From NCBI GenBank assembly GCA_964252035.1, contig OZ176200.1: a stretch of DNA of 64,000 bases; one strand, written 5' to 3'. Below, in pieces: positions 1-11,740 of this stretch. Position 1 is the first letter of the stretch. Each line of letters starts with the position of its first letter. Made by a program: the position numbers and the translations under genes. A model generated the notes under the pieces. It ran no database searches. It saw only the letters and a list, made by a program, of their open reading frames with translations, and was not told the DNA's origin. The DNA comes from Podarcis erhardii (Eukaryota).

Positions 1-2114
1 GAACTCCCTGCTGCTGTGAAAACAGTGCTTTGCCAGCCATGTACATGCCTTCGACTCTTTCACTGCTGCAATGCAGAAGCCACATTGGCTCTGTCGAATA
101 CAATTGGCCTAGTTTCCACTTTCCAGCTGTCTAGCTTGCAGGCAATCGTAGGGTAAGGTCAATGAGAAGGCCACCCTTTAAGAACCAGCCTTTCCCTTGC
201 TTCCAGGGGTGGGGTGGGCAGCAGGCAGATTATCCTGCAGTCAACACGCCCCTCTGTGATGGGCAGGGGTAGGGTTCCTCCTTTAAGCTCCTGACTTGTT
301 CTGCACTTCACTCATTTATTTGACTCCAAAGGGCCAAAATTTATTAAAAGGTGGGTTGACGGCCATTGTGTGTTATTACCAGAATCTCTTATGGAAGCCA
401 CCTTTTTAAAAAACCCAGAAACCTAAATAACACCTGGCTCTGTAATTGCGAGCTACACTTGCACCAGAGCAGCCAAGTGCAAGCATGATTTGAAAAAAAA
501 ATCCAAGGTGAAAATTTGCTGTTTTAAACGTAAAATTGATTTTTTTATAATAGAAACCTGTGTTGTCAAGGCATTTAAGAAGCAGGAAAAGGCAAGATTC
601 CTTCAGCAAAAAGCGTTTCACCCTGTCCAGCATGACATTTGCTCATGCAGGACCTCCCTGCCCCCGCCCCCAGACACACCAAAAAAATGAATACAGCTCC
701 AAGATTCATTTGTTTCAAGGTGTTCAAAAATGCTGCCTGGATTTTAATCTTCTCAATCCCCTTCCCTGTTTTTGAAAAACTTACTTTTTTCAGAATTGAT
801 GGGCTCCTTTGTCAACTGGGCATGGATTGAGAAACCAGCCAACTGTTAAAATGTAGGCCAATCCAACTTTCAAAGCTCATGCAGGTGTACAGGATGGAAG
901 CGACTTCTGCTTCTCTGCATGATAGAATGCCCTTGTGTGAGATAGGCTTTCAACACAGGAGATTCGACATACTCGTATACCAGCAGAAAGGTTGTTCATA
1001 ATGGAGCTTTTGATTATGGAGCTGGTTTCAGGTTCAGTCGCCCAAACTTTAGAAACTAGACAATTTCTGGCACACCAATTATTGCATTTCCCATTCTCAA
1101 GACTCCTCCATTTCTCAGTAAGCATGTTGTTGCACACCATCCCAATCTCCAAGCAATGCAAGACTCAAGGGATTCCAGGTAGCGCTTACCCAGGGTCCGT
1201 GTTTCCTTTGGAATGAGATATAGCGGAAACGGTTGCATCTTTATGATATATGGTTCAATTACACATATATACCACCTGAGCCTATGATAGAGGGGTTCAC
1301 AGTGTTAACACTCTAAGAGAGTTTTGCTTCACCCATAGCCACAGCCTTGGATGTGAGCAGAAATCAGGCATGTCTTTCCTCCACAGGCTTCAGCCTGCTT
1401 CTTCCTCCAGCTTCTAGCTCATACACATGCAACTCAACTCTGGTCTTTGTCTTTTCTAACTACCTACCAGTGAGTTGAGGGAGGGTAGGCTCCCATTTGT
1501 CGTCTGGCACATAGCCACATCCTTTGTTACCTTAATGACCCATATTTAGAGGGCCATTATCACACCAGAAAGCTAGCCTGGCTATTCCAGGAATTTGAAC
1601 CATTGCTTAGATTTTAACACTTGCTGTACCCAAGCATTAGAAGGGTATTGGCATACAGCCTTCCCCACCACCAAACTCATAACAACATCCTCAATACAAT
1701 GGATAGGGATGGAGGAGACATTTGATTTTGTTTGCATTTAAATGAGAACCTACCTAATTTGCACTTCTCAATCCAATATGTGAACTGAAACACAGGTATT
1801 CTTCAAAATCCACACTTCTCTGAATTTTGCAGTGCAGTTCTCCAACCAAAGAGTACGTGCAAAATGCATATTGGGGTAAATGTGCATAAAACGTGTGTAT
1901 TAGTGAAAATAACATACAGAATGCAAGATATTAGGAGAACTAGCTTGCAATAATTTGTCTATTAGTCAAAACTGCCTACAAATATATGCTTATTACTATA
2001 ATTTCACACTAAAAAGCTGACAAACCTTGATGAGGATTTATGTTTAATTTTAAAATGCTGATTGCTGCAGAAATGTGGAGAACTGAATTTAAGACTTGAA
2101 AAATGAGAAACTTA

Positions 2115-2305
2115 GGCTGTGTACACACCATACCTTTAAAGCACATCTAAAACATGTTCATCCCCACCGCAAGGATCCTGGGAATTGTAGTTTGTTAAGG
2201 GTGCTGGGAATTGTAGCTATGTGAGGGGTAAACTACAGTTTCAGGATACTTTTTTGTGAGTTTGTGTGCATGCGCATGCTTTAAGTGTATAATGTGTACA
2301 CAGCC
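2115..2305. mobile_element. PIF/Harbinger-like MITE nested in an older repeat
   Basis: TIRs GGCTGTGTACACA...TGTGTACACAGCC; flanked by TTA/CTA (3-bp TWA-type TSD, one mismatch); no ORF. Confidence 0.7.
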
Positions 2306-5089
2306 CTAGAGAACCAAAATGACAGATTTGTCCAGTGAGATACTATCAGTTTATCACCCCAGAAATGCTGCTGCCTCTTGCTTCACAGCTGTGGATCCCC
2401 AAACAATTTACCAAACCCCTTATGTAGTCTGCTTTTGTTCAGGACCACCCAACAACAACAAACACTAGCAAGTGTAGGTAGATGTGTAGGCTGACTAGGG
2501 GAACAGCACTCACATCATTTGAATGACCAATATGTGCTAGTATGAATTGGGTGTGGCCTTGGAAAGCAGCACAATACCGAAAGTCAAGAATCCCATTGCA
2601 AACGTGTGGTTCCCAGGAAATAAAACCCATTATTTCAAACAGGACATCTGGAGCAGGGCGTGTGCAAACATGTGCCTGCCTGCACACCTGACCTTTGCTC
2701 AGCCTTGATCTGGGTTTCATTCATGCCTTCTTTCTGTTGTCTTTCCAAGTGCACAAAGTCAATTCAAAGCCTGTCCAAGGGCTTTGACTGCAATGCAGCC
2801 CATTTGTACTAAAGGTAGCTGGATAAAAATATAAAAAGGGGAGGGAAGGAAGTGCAAACGTTGATTTAAAAAATAGTGAGACATTTAGGGACTCTCCTCC
2901 GGGTGTGGGCACCATTTAGCAAAAGTTCATTGCAATTAAATCCTATAGACAATGGAAAGGGAATGCACTTAGCTGTGTGGCTAATTTTTGCAAGATTGTG
3001 TGCCTTCCTTCCCCTTGTTCCTCATTTAGGGAGCCAAGGCTCATGCTGATGACTAAGAGCTGTAGAAGAGGGGCACTGTGTTCTGCTCTCAGGTCAGAAG
3101 GCGATGGACACAAGAGTGGGGAACTGGGCCTGGCCAGCAAGCCAGATGCGTATCTTGACCACCACGTCCAGGTCAGGTATGACACGTGAGTGCAGCCACC
3201 CACTTTGTCAGTCACCTGACATCACTATGACACCAGCTGACTCAACTTTACCCACATGTGGGCAATGGCATGGTGCTTTGCGCTAAGAGTCGGTTGAACC
3301 AGTAGGAGAACTGGGTGGCTGCCTAGGGTGGCAAACTTCCAGGGTAGCCAACCTGATGCCAAGTTTCTGTGTTCAGGTTTTTATTAAAAGTTTTTTTCAT
3401 GACACAATATAGATATAGAAAACTGATGTAAATTAGAAAACAAAAACAGCTACAAAAAGTAAAAATAAGGTATGATGTCCTCTCTTAAAGGTAGTTCTTA
3501 ACATTCATAGAAGGTAGTAGCCCCTCCCAGCTCTTATCTGGGATCTTTCCTTTCTCCTTCCAGCCTCTCACTCTGGGAGCATGCAAGAAGTTTCTGGACA
3601 ACAACTCACATCATCCCTGGCCATTGGTTGTGCTGGCAGAGGCTCTTGGGAGTTGTAGTCCATTTTCTGGAGGGCACCATGTTGGTTACCTCTGCTCTCG
3701 CCTATTCCTCACCCTCGCTCCCTGGCTTGCCTGCACTTCACAGGATGACTGGCCCCAGGAATGCAGCTGTTGCCTAGCCCACTATCTGTGCCTGAGTCAG
3801 CTGCAGCCTTGGAACGCCTCCCAGATTTCATTCAGCTGCTGGGCTGGGTCTGGCTCATGGAGGAGGGCTAGGCCTCTTTATCTTAAGTGCCGTTCCTTCA
3901 GTTTCCTTTGCTTCAGGAAACCTCTAGACCGCCTCATATGTTCACACGCATAGAGCACAAATTATTTATTCTTTTCCACTCTCTATGAGGAATGTTAATT
4001 CCTCAAAAGTAGGGTTCACATATGTCCTCTTTTTCCAGGACAGGTCCATTTTTATGGGTAGAGTTGTCATAGCAATCCATAGTTAAAAGCAGAAATCGGC
4101 AAATGTGTCCTCTCTTTTGCTCTTCAAAGTATGATAACTCTACAAAAGTGGCTCCTGCATTTTACAACTGAGCCCCCTACCATTAGGCAAGGAAACATAG
4201 CTGGCTGCTGATGGGGGAAACAGGGGGTCAGAGCTGGCCCAGCCCTTAGGAAGTGTGAGGTTTCTACCTGGTCTGCTCCCTCTGCCAGTGGCAGAGAAGC
4301 AAAGCCACAATCAGCACCAATTTTGGGCAAGATACTCCAGGGATTCCATGCGCTCACCTAAGGTTATGCTTCCTTGGAAAGAGGGACAGCAAAGACTGTG
4401 GAGTCTTTATGATATATGGGTTTCTTACACATATCCTCAACCTGATCCTACAAGGGAGGGGCTCATAGCATTAACATCACAGAAGGTCCTGCATCTCCCA
4501 TAGTCATAGCCTTGGATTCAAGCAGAAATCAAGCATGGTTCTCATTCACTAGCTTCTGCCTGCTTCCAGCCCAGCTCACACAGCTCTGCATTTTTGTGAT
4601 CTTCACTACCAGTCAGGTGAGGGTGGGTGGGAGCCCACCAACCATTTTTCCTCTGGCACAGAACAACCTCCTTTGTTATACTATGGACCCATACTTTGGT
4701 GGTGATAAGGACCATAGTTCAGCAATGGAGTCCTCCATTAGATTTTAACCCTTGCTGGATCCAGGACCCCAGCGATTAGAAGAGACTCAGGCATCCTGCA
4801 GGCTAACACAAGCTTTCCCCCCAAAAGTCTTTAAACTCAGCAGCCTAATTTAGGGGTGTGTGTGTAGATCTCCTTGCTGATCTACTGCAAGCCACGCAAG
4901 AGATCTCTCAGCAGATCCTGACCCACTGCCAACGGATGGAACAGGAAACCCCCTCGAAAGCTTTAAGGGGGGGGGGAATAAGAACAGAAGGCAAGTCCAA
5001 CACGTCAGCAGATAGGAAACGAGCTGCTCTCTAAGGCTAAGGGAAAGCGACCTGAAGGAGGGAAAGGCAGGGAGGATCTGCTTTGACAG

Positions 5090-6070
5090 CCGCCGGTGCC
5101 AGGCGCTTCCCGGCCCCGAGGGTGGGCTGAGGATCAATCCGCTTCCGCCGGGAGGCCGCAGGAAGGAGGGGGGGGGGCGGCGGCTGGTTGTGCGAAGGGC
5201 CGAGCGAGCGAGTGGGCGGCAGGAAGAAGCGCCCAAGTCATCCCGGGTCTCCTCGCGAGGGCGGAGGTGCGGCGGCAGGGCGGGGCCTGGGGCGGCCCCA
5301 AAGCCATAAAGGGCTCAGCCGGTTCTTCGCCCGCGAGAGCGCGCAGCAGCCCAAGCAGGAGCAGCAGCGGCGTTGCGGAGCCGGAGGCCAGCGTCCCCGT
5401 CGGAAGACAGGCAGGCAAGCAAGGCGGGCAAGCAAGGCGGGCGGGCGGGCGGGCGAGCGTGGCCTTGGCGCTGGTCCCTCGAGGCGATCTCGGTGCGGCG
5501 GCTCTGTTGGCGAGCGCGGGCAGCAGCAGCAGCGGCAGCAGCATGAAGGGCCCGGCCGCCGCGTCGCCGTCGGAGGTGATCCGCGAGGGCGAGCTGGAGA
5601 AGCGCAGCGACAGCCTCTTCCAGCTGTGGAAGAAGAAGGCGGTGGTGCTGAGCAAGGACAGCCTGAGCCTCTTCTCGCCCGAGGCCGGCAAGGCCCGGGG
5701 CGGCGGCGGCGGCGGGAAGGAGCTGCGCTTCGGCTCCATCCAGAAGGTGGACTGCGTGGAGCGGACGGGCAAGTACGTGTACTTCACCATCGTCACGACG
5801 GACCGCAAGGAGATCGACTTTCGGTGCCCGGGCGAGAGCTGCTGGAACGCCTCCATCACCATGGCGCTCATCGACTTCCAGAACAAGCGCGCCATCGAGG
5901 ACTTCAAGAGCCGCCAGGAGGCCGCCGAGCACGCGGCCGCCGCCACCCGGGACAGGCGCCTCGCGCGCGCCCCCTGAGCCCGACACGCGCGCGCCCCCGA
6001 GCGAGAGAGCGACCTAAGGTGAGCGGGTGCTGCCGTCTTGGTCTCGTTTGCCCCCCTGACTTCGCCCCCA
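5090..6070 (+). promoter_or_regulatory. PHLDA2: CpG island covering the PHLDA2 promoter and exon 1
   Basis: Abrupt very GC/CpG-rich block in CpG-poor DNA; GC boxes (GGGCGG) at about 5214-5296 and TATA-like CATAAA at 5305-5310. Confidence 0.85.
5543..5977 (+). CDS. PHLDA2: Pleckstrin homology-like domain family A member 2 (144 aa, single coding exon)
   Basis: ATG at 5543; [32 protein letters not shown]...[49 protein letters not shown] is near-identical to the PHLDA2 PH domain; convergent with SLC22A18 as in mammals. Confidence 0.96.
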   Translation: MKGPAAASPSEVIREGELEKRSDSLFQLWKKKAVVLSKDSLSLFSPEAGKARGGGGGGKELRFGSIQKVDCVERTGKYVYFTIVTTDRKEIDFRCPGESCWNASITMALIDFQNKRAIEDFKSRQEAAEHAAAATRDRRLARAP

Positions 6071-8193
6071 CCCCGCCTCTCCATCTTCACTCTTGATCCT
6101 CTGAGTCGATTAATCCGAATCAAAATTCTAAGACCTGTTCTGCTTCATACGGCCTGCTGGGTCACAACCACTCCGTCGATAACCAGCGCAATTTTGGGAA
6201 AGTTGTATGCAATTCAGTGGCCTTCCCTTTCTTACCCCGTACAGAATTTATCGTGGGTTGAGAAAGCGATTCGGTGGAATCTGTTGCGCGTAACCTCCCT
6301 GTGGGCAGCAGAGCTTGGTTCTAGATGATGATTTTGCAGATTATTGACTAACAGTAGATTAGCATCAGTGAACAGTAACACACTTCAGTGGTACCTTGGT
6401 TTAAGAACAGCTTAGTTTATGAAAAACTTGGATTAAGAATGCTGCAAACCCAGAAGTGGGTGTTTTGGTTTGTGAAGTTTGCCTTGGAAGCAGACCATGT
6501 TCCGCTTCCTGTTGAGTGTGTTCCATTTGTAAATTGAGTCCCCCGCTGCTATGGGAAAGCACACCTTGGTTTAAGAACGCTTTGGTTTAAGAACGGACTT
6601 CCGGAACAGATTAAGTTCGTAAACCAAGGTACCGCTGAAGTTAACTGGAGCATTTATTTTAAACCGCTTAAATTCCATCAGCTTAAACTGGGGATGAACT
6701 AATCATTATAAATGAGAATACTTGGATGTGCCTTGGTTTCGTCCCAGATTTAGGATTGGCATAAGGTGTGCATCTGCCAAGGAAGCAGAACTCTGAAACT
6801 ACAGTGGGGCCAGGCAGCCTGCAAATAGATAAATAAATAAATAAATAAATAAAATGCAGCTGCATTTTGACTTTTCGTGTAATTCAGCTGGTGCCATTTA
6901 AGGAATAGTGAGAGGCTAGGTGGCTCTAGAAGCCTCCCTGGGCTATGCCCTCCTCAAATAATGGCTCTTTCTGGCTTTGTTAAAGGTAATCCAGAATAAA
7001 TGGCTAAAGTGAGGGTGACACCTGTGTGCATCTGGGGCTCTTCTTAACGAACTCCCAGACAAAGGCTTTTTCTGTGTGACCAATGTGCTGCTTCAGCACA
7101 CACCCATATTCCAGGCAGGAATTGCCATTTATTTTTAAATGGGGACTTTCATCCGCTTCCAAGTAAAAGGAGAAAAAAGTTAGGATCAGGGTGTTGGTAG
7201 AGAGGAGCTGTTCAAACTTTTAGGAGTTCCTGGGATGAGAAACACTGTACCCCTCTAGGAGTTGTTAAGACTCCAACTCCCATCAAATGTAGCCTGCATG
7301 GCTAGTGACCAAGGATGAGGGGATTTTTAGTCCAGCATAGCTTGGAGGATACCATGTTCCTTGTCCCTGGTTTCGTATTACAAGTCATCTGGATGAGAAT
7401 TGATATTTGCAGGAGGGTTGGGATGTTGTGAGTTTTGCACTAAGAACTCATTGCAGAGAGTCTCTGCAGTAGAGTTTGGGGGGTGTCTATTTGTGCTATT
7501 ACACAAATTATTATTTGACCCAAATAACTTAACAGGAGGCAATAATTTGCATAGGAGTAGCTATGTTAGTCTGTTGCAGGAAAACCAGCAGAGAGTCTTG
7601 TGGCAGCTTAGAGACTAACATGTTTATTATAGCAAAGCTAATATGCCATAATAACTTTTGCCAGCCTGGTGTTGAACTACAACTCCTTTTGGCCCCAGCT
7701 AGCACAGCTTTCCATGCAAAAGATTCCAGATTCAGTTCCCTGCATTTCCCATTGGAATGGGGTGAAAACTCTCTGCCTGAATCCTAGAGAGCTGTTGCCA
7801 CGCAGAGTGTAGTGGTCTGGCTCTTGTCTAAGGCAGCTTCTTATTTTCTCTGTATATTTGGTAGTAGGATGACTTGACCTCAGCGGGTTCCTGAGGCTGT
7901 AATCCTAACTCCATTCCCTTGGGAATAAACCCCATGGAATTCAGTAGAATTGCCTTCTGAAGAGACTGTGTTTAGGACTGTGCTGTAAGTAAACGTTCAG
8001 AACTACTAAAGTCTAGCCTGTGGTGGCAAAGCCTCAGAAAAGGATGACACCATTAGATGCTTCTTTATAGGATCTTTCTGTATCCCTGAGGTTTTAAAAA
8101 GGCAGTCTTGCTATTAGTTTAGCATTATTATTTTTGCTACTAGCTTGCTTGTCCTGCTGCATCACTAATAATTTGCTTTTCTTTTGTTTTCAG
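6019..8193 (+). other. PHLDA2: Predicted PHLDA2 3'UTR intron (2175 bp)
   Basis: Donor AAG|GTGAGC at 6019, 41 nt after the stop; branch-like CTAAT 8165-8169, long pyrimidine tract and CAG at 8191-8193 (NAGNAG CAGCAG). The acceptor assignment is inferred. Confidence 0.6.
6386..6637. mobile_element. Tc1/mariner-type MITE
   Basis: TIR CAGTGGTACCTTGGTT...AACCAAGGTACCGCTG; same family as 9076 and 22566; TA TSD not preserved. Confidence 0.75.
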
Positions 8194-8640
8194 CAGACTG
8201 TACCTCTGGATGACAAAGAAAATCAGTTGTTTTAGACTGAACCGGGACATTAGGACACCAATGAAGGAAAGCAAAGGAGAATGGAGTGCCCAGCTTCTTC
8301 CCAGGTCTGATGAGGTGGCTGAGCAAAGAGGCCAGGCTGTTCTACGAGAGGCATTTGCAGACCAAAGACTTTTTACATTTTCTTTAAGAAGACTCATAGG
8401 GCAAAGCATGGCTGGCTGTGTGAGCAGGATGCCTAGCTTTGCAAAAAATGCTATTGTTTTTCTATTTATGAAATGCAAAGAGTATTCAGCACCTGCTGAT
8501 GCAAAACCAGTTTAAATTATTTGTAATATCTATATTTGTATTTATTTTGATAAAATATCCTTAAGCACATGTTTGTCTTAAAATTGCTTCTGGCATTTGA
8601 ATATGTCCATTCCAAATTAAATGCTTTTTTATTACTGTAT
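8194..8640 (+). other. PHLDA2: Predicted non-coding exon 2 (3'UTR) of PHLDA2
   Basis: Follows a strong acceptor; AU-rich (TATTTAT motifs); ATTAAA at 8616-8621 followed by T-rich sequence. The end is approximate. Confidence 0.5.
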
Positions 8641-9075
8641 ATCTGAGGTGAAGTCTTTTATTTATCAGCAGATGTGGAAATGAGGTTCTCTGCTTGCAAC
8701 CTGACAATGGGGTACTACTATGGAAAGCCCTTGTATTAGCAGAATTGCAAATGTGTCTTTAGGAGTCAAAATCTGCAGATATAAAGAGTGGGGGCTCAGC
8801 CTTGCCGGGGATAGGATAGGAATGCATGGAGAGTAGCCCCATTGGCCTGTCTTAAAAGCGCAGCAGCCCAACTGAGTCAGACCAGCGGTCAGTTCACTGA
8901 ATGCTTTCTCAGGATCATAAAAAGAAATCAAAAGGTTATCCAGACCAAGGCTTTACTGCAAGAAAAACCCGTCATCCTACCTGGTTCACACTATAGCATG
9001 CAGAGAACCAGTGTGGTGCCTTAAGGTGGCTGCAGTTCAAGATCTTCTGATGACATAGCTCAGTGAAGCAACATA

Positions 9076-9301
9076 CAGTCGTACCTCAGGTTACATACAC
9101 TTCAGGTTACAGACTCTGCTAACCCAGAAATAGCGCTTCAGGTTAAGAACTTTGCTTCTGGATGAGAACAGAAATCATGCTCCGGCGGTGTGGCAGCAGC
9201 AGGAGGCCCCATTAACTAAAGTGGTGCTTCAGGTTAAGAACAGTTTCAGGTTAAGAACGGACCTCCGGAATGAATTAAGTACTTAACCCGAGGTACCACT
9301 G
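9076..9301. mobile_element. Tc1/mariner-type MITE
   Basis: TA|CAGTCGTACCTC...GAGGTACCACTG|TA: TIRs plus TA TSD. Confidence 0.85.
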
Positions 9302-10956
9302 TACTGTGGAGGAAGGCAGTACCTCTTCACTGCTATGGAGAACTAGCTTTCTCAGCTCCATCTGAGCAAGTTCCCTTCTGAGCCATCCAAGTTCTACACC
9401 AAGAGCATAGACAAGGGCAATGGAGGGGCACCTTGAGCTTGGAGGGCAGAGGCTATTTTCCTGTGTGATTTGCTAACCACTAGGATAGAACAGAATGCTC
9501 ACCAAGCCTTTTCAGTGGGACCCCAATACCTCCCTAAAAGATGACTCCCCACCCCACCCCCGCCGCTGCTCGTAGCAGCCCTGGTTGGCTGCTGCAATGT
9601 GTTTCAGACCAGTCTCCTGCATGACACCAGCACTGTTGCTGAGAGGAAAAATTTGAAACTTAAGACGACAGATCAGGGCTGTGGGGAGCAGGTGTTGGAA
9701 GGAGCACTACATGTTTATTTAGCCATGCAAAATGCCACTTTTTGTACCTTGTGGAACATGTCCCACTGTTTCAGCTCACCACGAAACTTCACTGACACTG
9801 CCTTAGGATTACTGAAGTTACGGTATGCATAGATCTTTGAACACCTACTTACCAGAAGTTTGAAACCTGCCTTCCCCAACCCAGTGCCCTGATGTTTTGG
9901 ACTACAAGCCCAATGTCTGCACACACAGGCTGAGCCCAAAACATGGCTTTGAAAGCACTTTTGGCTATGCAGAGCAGTTTAACCACTTTACAGCTGTGTA
10001 GCTTGCCAGCTTGGTAAGTGTGAGGTTAACCGAGGCGGCTGCATGATACCTCTGCTGACTTGAGGGAAGTCATGCTCTGTTTGAGAGGATATAGCTTTTC
10101 AAACATTGCTGTCTGTCAGATCTGTAGGCTCAGAAAGGAGTGACTGCCAACTCTGGTCTCTGCCCAGAAGCAGACTCTTCCATCTCTGATGCTCCTTCTG
10201 TCTACTTGTTCCAAATGATACAGCCACCCAACTCTGGTAAGGAGTGACAATGCCACAGGGCAGAATCAAGGCAACTAATAGAACCTAGCATTTATATAGA
10301 TCATGTGAGTGTTCAAAGTGCCATGAATGCAAAATTTTTTAATCCTTAAAGACAATCTCATAAAGCAGCTCAGTATTCTCTTCATATTACAATGGGTGGG
10401 GATTAGTCCGAGAGTGGCTGGCTTATTTAGCTACAGGGGTGCAGCAATAAAACTGCTAGCACAGTTGCAAAGCTAAGTAGGGTTTGGTTTAATTTCAAAT
10501 TGGATGTTGAGATTCCTTCATTACAGGGGGCTGGACCTGATGATTCTTGGGGGTCCCTTCCAACTCTACAATTCTAGGAATTGGCAGTGAGCTTCTGGCT
10601 GGGGTGAGATGTGGACAAGGGGCTTCATGGATCCTATTCTTAGAGACAAAATTGACATGACACGTGTGACTTGAAATTGTTGGTTTTCTTTTTTCTGTTT
10701 TCCCCACCTTGTATTCCAAACTAGGCCTCTTTTTTACAATAGAAATTCTGTTGAGGCTCTGGCAGAAATACATGTTGCTATCTAAAGAAAGAACATTCCA
10801 TCTGCAGAGCCTTCCGAGACCCCCAGTGTGACTGCAATCAAAGGTGTGGAATGCTTTGATAGAGCTTTTAGGCTTTGATAACAGTTCCAACATCAACAGT
10901 TACCCAACCATATCTACAGTACATTGCAGTGCATTAAGGGAACTGGTTTAAATTAG

Positions 10957-10962
10957 TTTATT
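10957..10962 (-). terminator. SLC22A18: Candidate polyadenylation signal of SLC22A18 (AATAAA)
   Basis: Plus-strand TTTATT about 80 nt downstream of the SLC22A18 stop codon. Confidence 0.55.
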
Positions 10963-11042
10963 TCCTGTCAGATAGGGCAATTAAAAGTCCTAAAATAGAG
11001 TTATAGCACATCTTCTCATCAGCACACCATCTAAAGACTTAA

Positions 11043-11230
11043 TTACTGTACTTTCCCTTCATTGTGAGGGATCCTCTTCCTCAAGATGTAGAAAAACAGA
11101 GGTATATTAACCAGCAGCTGTAAATAACCAAAGGATGAGACCCCAAATCGTCTGTACAAAAATCCTCCTATAGTTGGGCCTATTGTCCTTGTCAATGGTT
11201 GAACTGAGGAACTAATTCCCAGCATGGCAC
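11043..11230 (-). CDS. SLC22A18: SLC22A18/SLC67A1 last coding exon
   Basis: Acceptor TTCCCTAG|GT; (G)AMLGISSSVQPLTRTIGPTIGGFLYRRFGVSSFGYLQLLVNIPLFFYILRKRIPHNEGKVQ* aligns with the human C-terminus GTMLGLCASVQPLLRTLGPTVGGLLYRSFGV... Confidence 0.93.
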
Positions 11231-11557
11231 CTAGGGAAGAAAACGTAAAGAAAATTAATTCTGCAGATCAAAATTAATGTCAGTATCTACTCCAACACCA
11301 CTGTATTAGACCAATGTGTCTTTAGCATTTCTGCAATCAGGGATTTCATATGCCAGTCCTAAACACAGTATTGTGGCAGACCATAAATCTGATTTCACAC
11401 AATTCACACAACTCTGCAATTGAAATAAGGAACGAAGAGAAGTCCATTTCCAAACATGGAACTTGGTACCTCACCAGCATTACAAGGGATGGGTGTGATG
11501 AAGCACTAGTAAATCCCACTGGCCCAGTTTGCATGTCACACTAAGCTAAACCATGGC

Positions 11558-11740
11558 CAGGGGCGCCAACTATATGGGGCAGAAGGGGCTTCAGCCCCCT
11601 CAATATTTTTGCGTAGGAGGCTGAGCCCTTCCAATATTGAGGCCCCCATCCCCTACTGCCCACTGATGTCATGCATATGATGTCATACATGTCATGTGAC
11701 ACCGCACCCCTTCAATGTGGGGGGCAAGTCAGTGCCTTTG
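11558..11740. mobile_element. hAT MITE with 8-bp TSD, inserted in an older MITE (about 11520-12120)
   Basis: Perfect TSD ACCATGGC at 11550-11557 and 11741-11748; ends CAGGGGCGCCAAC...GTCAGTGCCTTTG. Confidence 0.75.

Noticed and set aside
1-5000. Expected 3' end of NAP1L4
   Set aside because: No recognisable NAP1L4 coding sequence (e.g. ECKQQ) or clear terminal exon; synteny alone is not evidence.
5096-5542. 293-aa ORF-track version of PHLDA2 starting at GTG 5096
   Set aside because: The start lies upstream of the TATA-like box and GC boxes; homology begins at ATG 5543.
5134-6123. Long overlapping ORFs (329 aa minus, 302 aa plus, 223 aa minus) over PHLDA2
   Set aside because: Shadow frames of a GC-rich CpG island that lacks stop codons; low-complexity R/A/P/G products with no domain.
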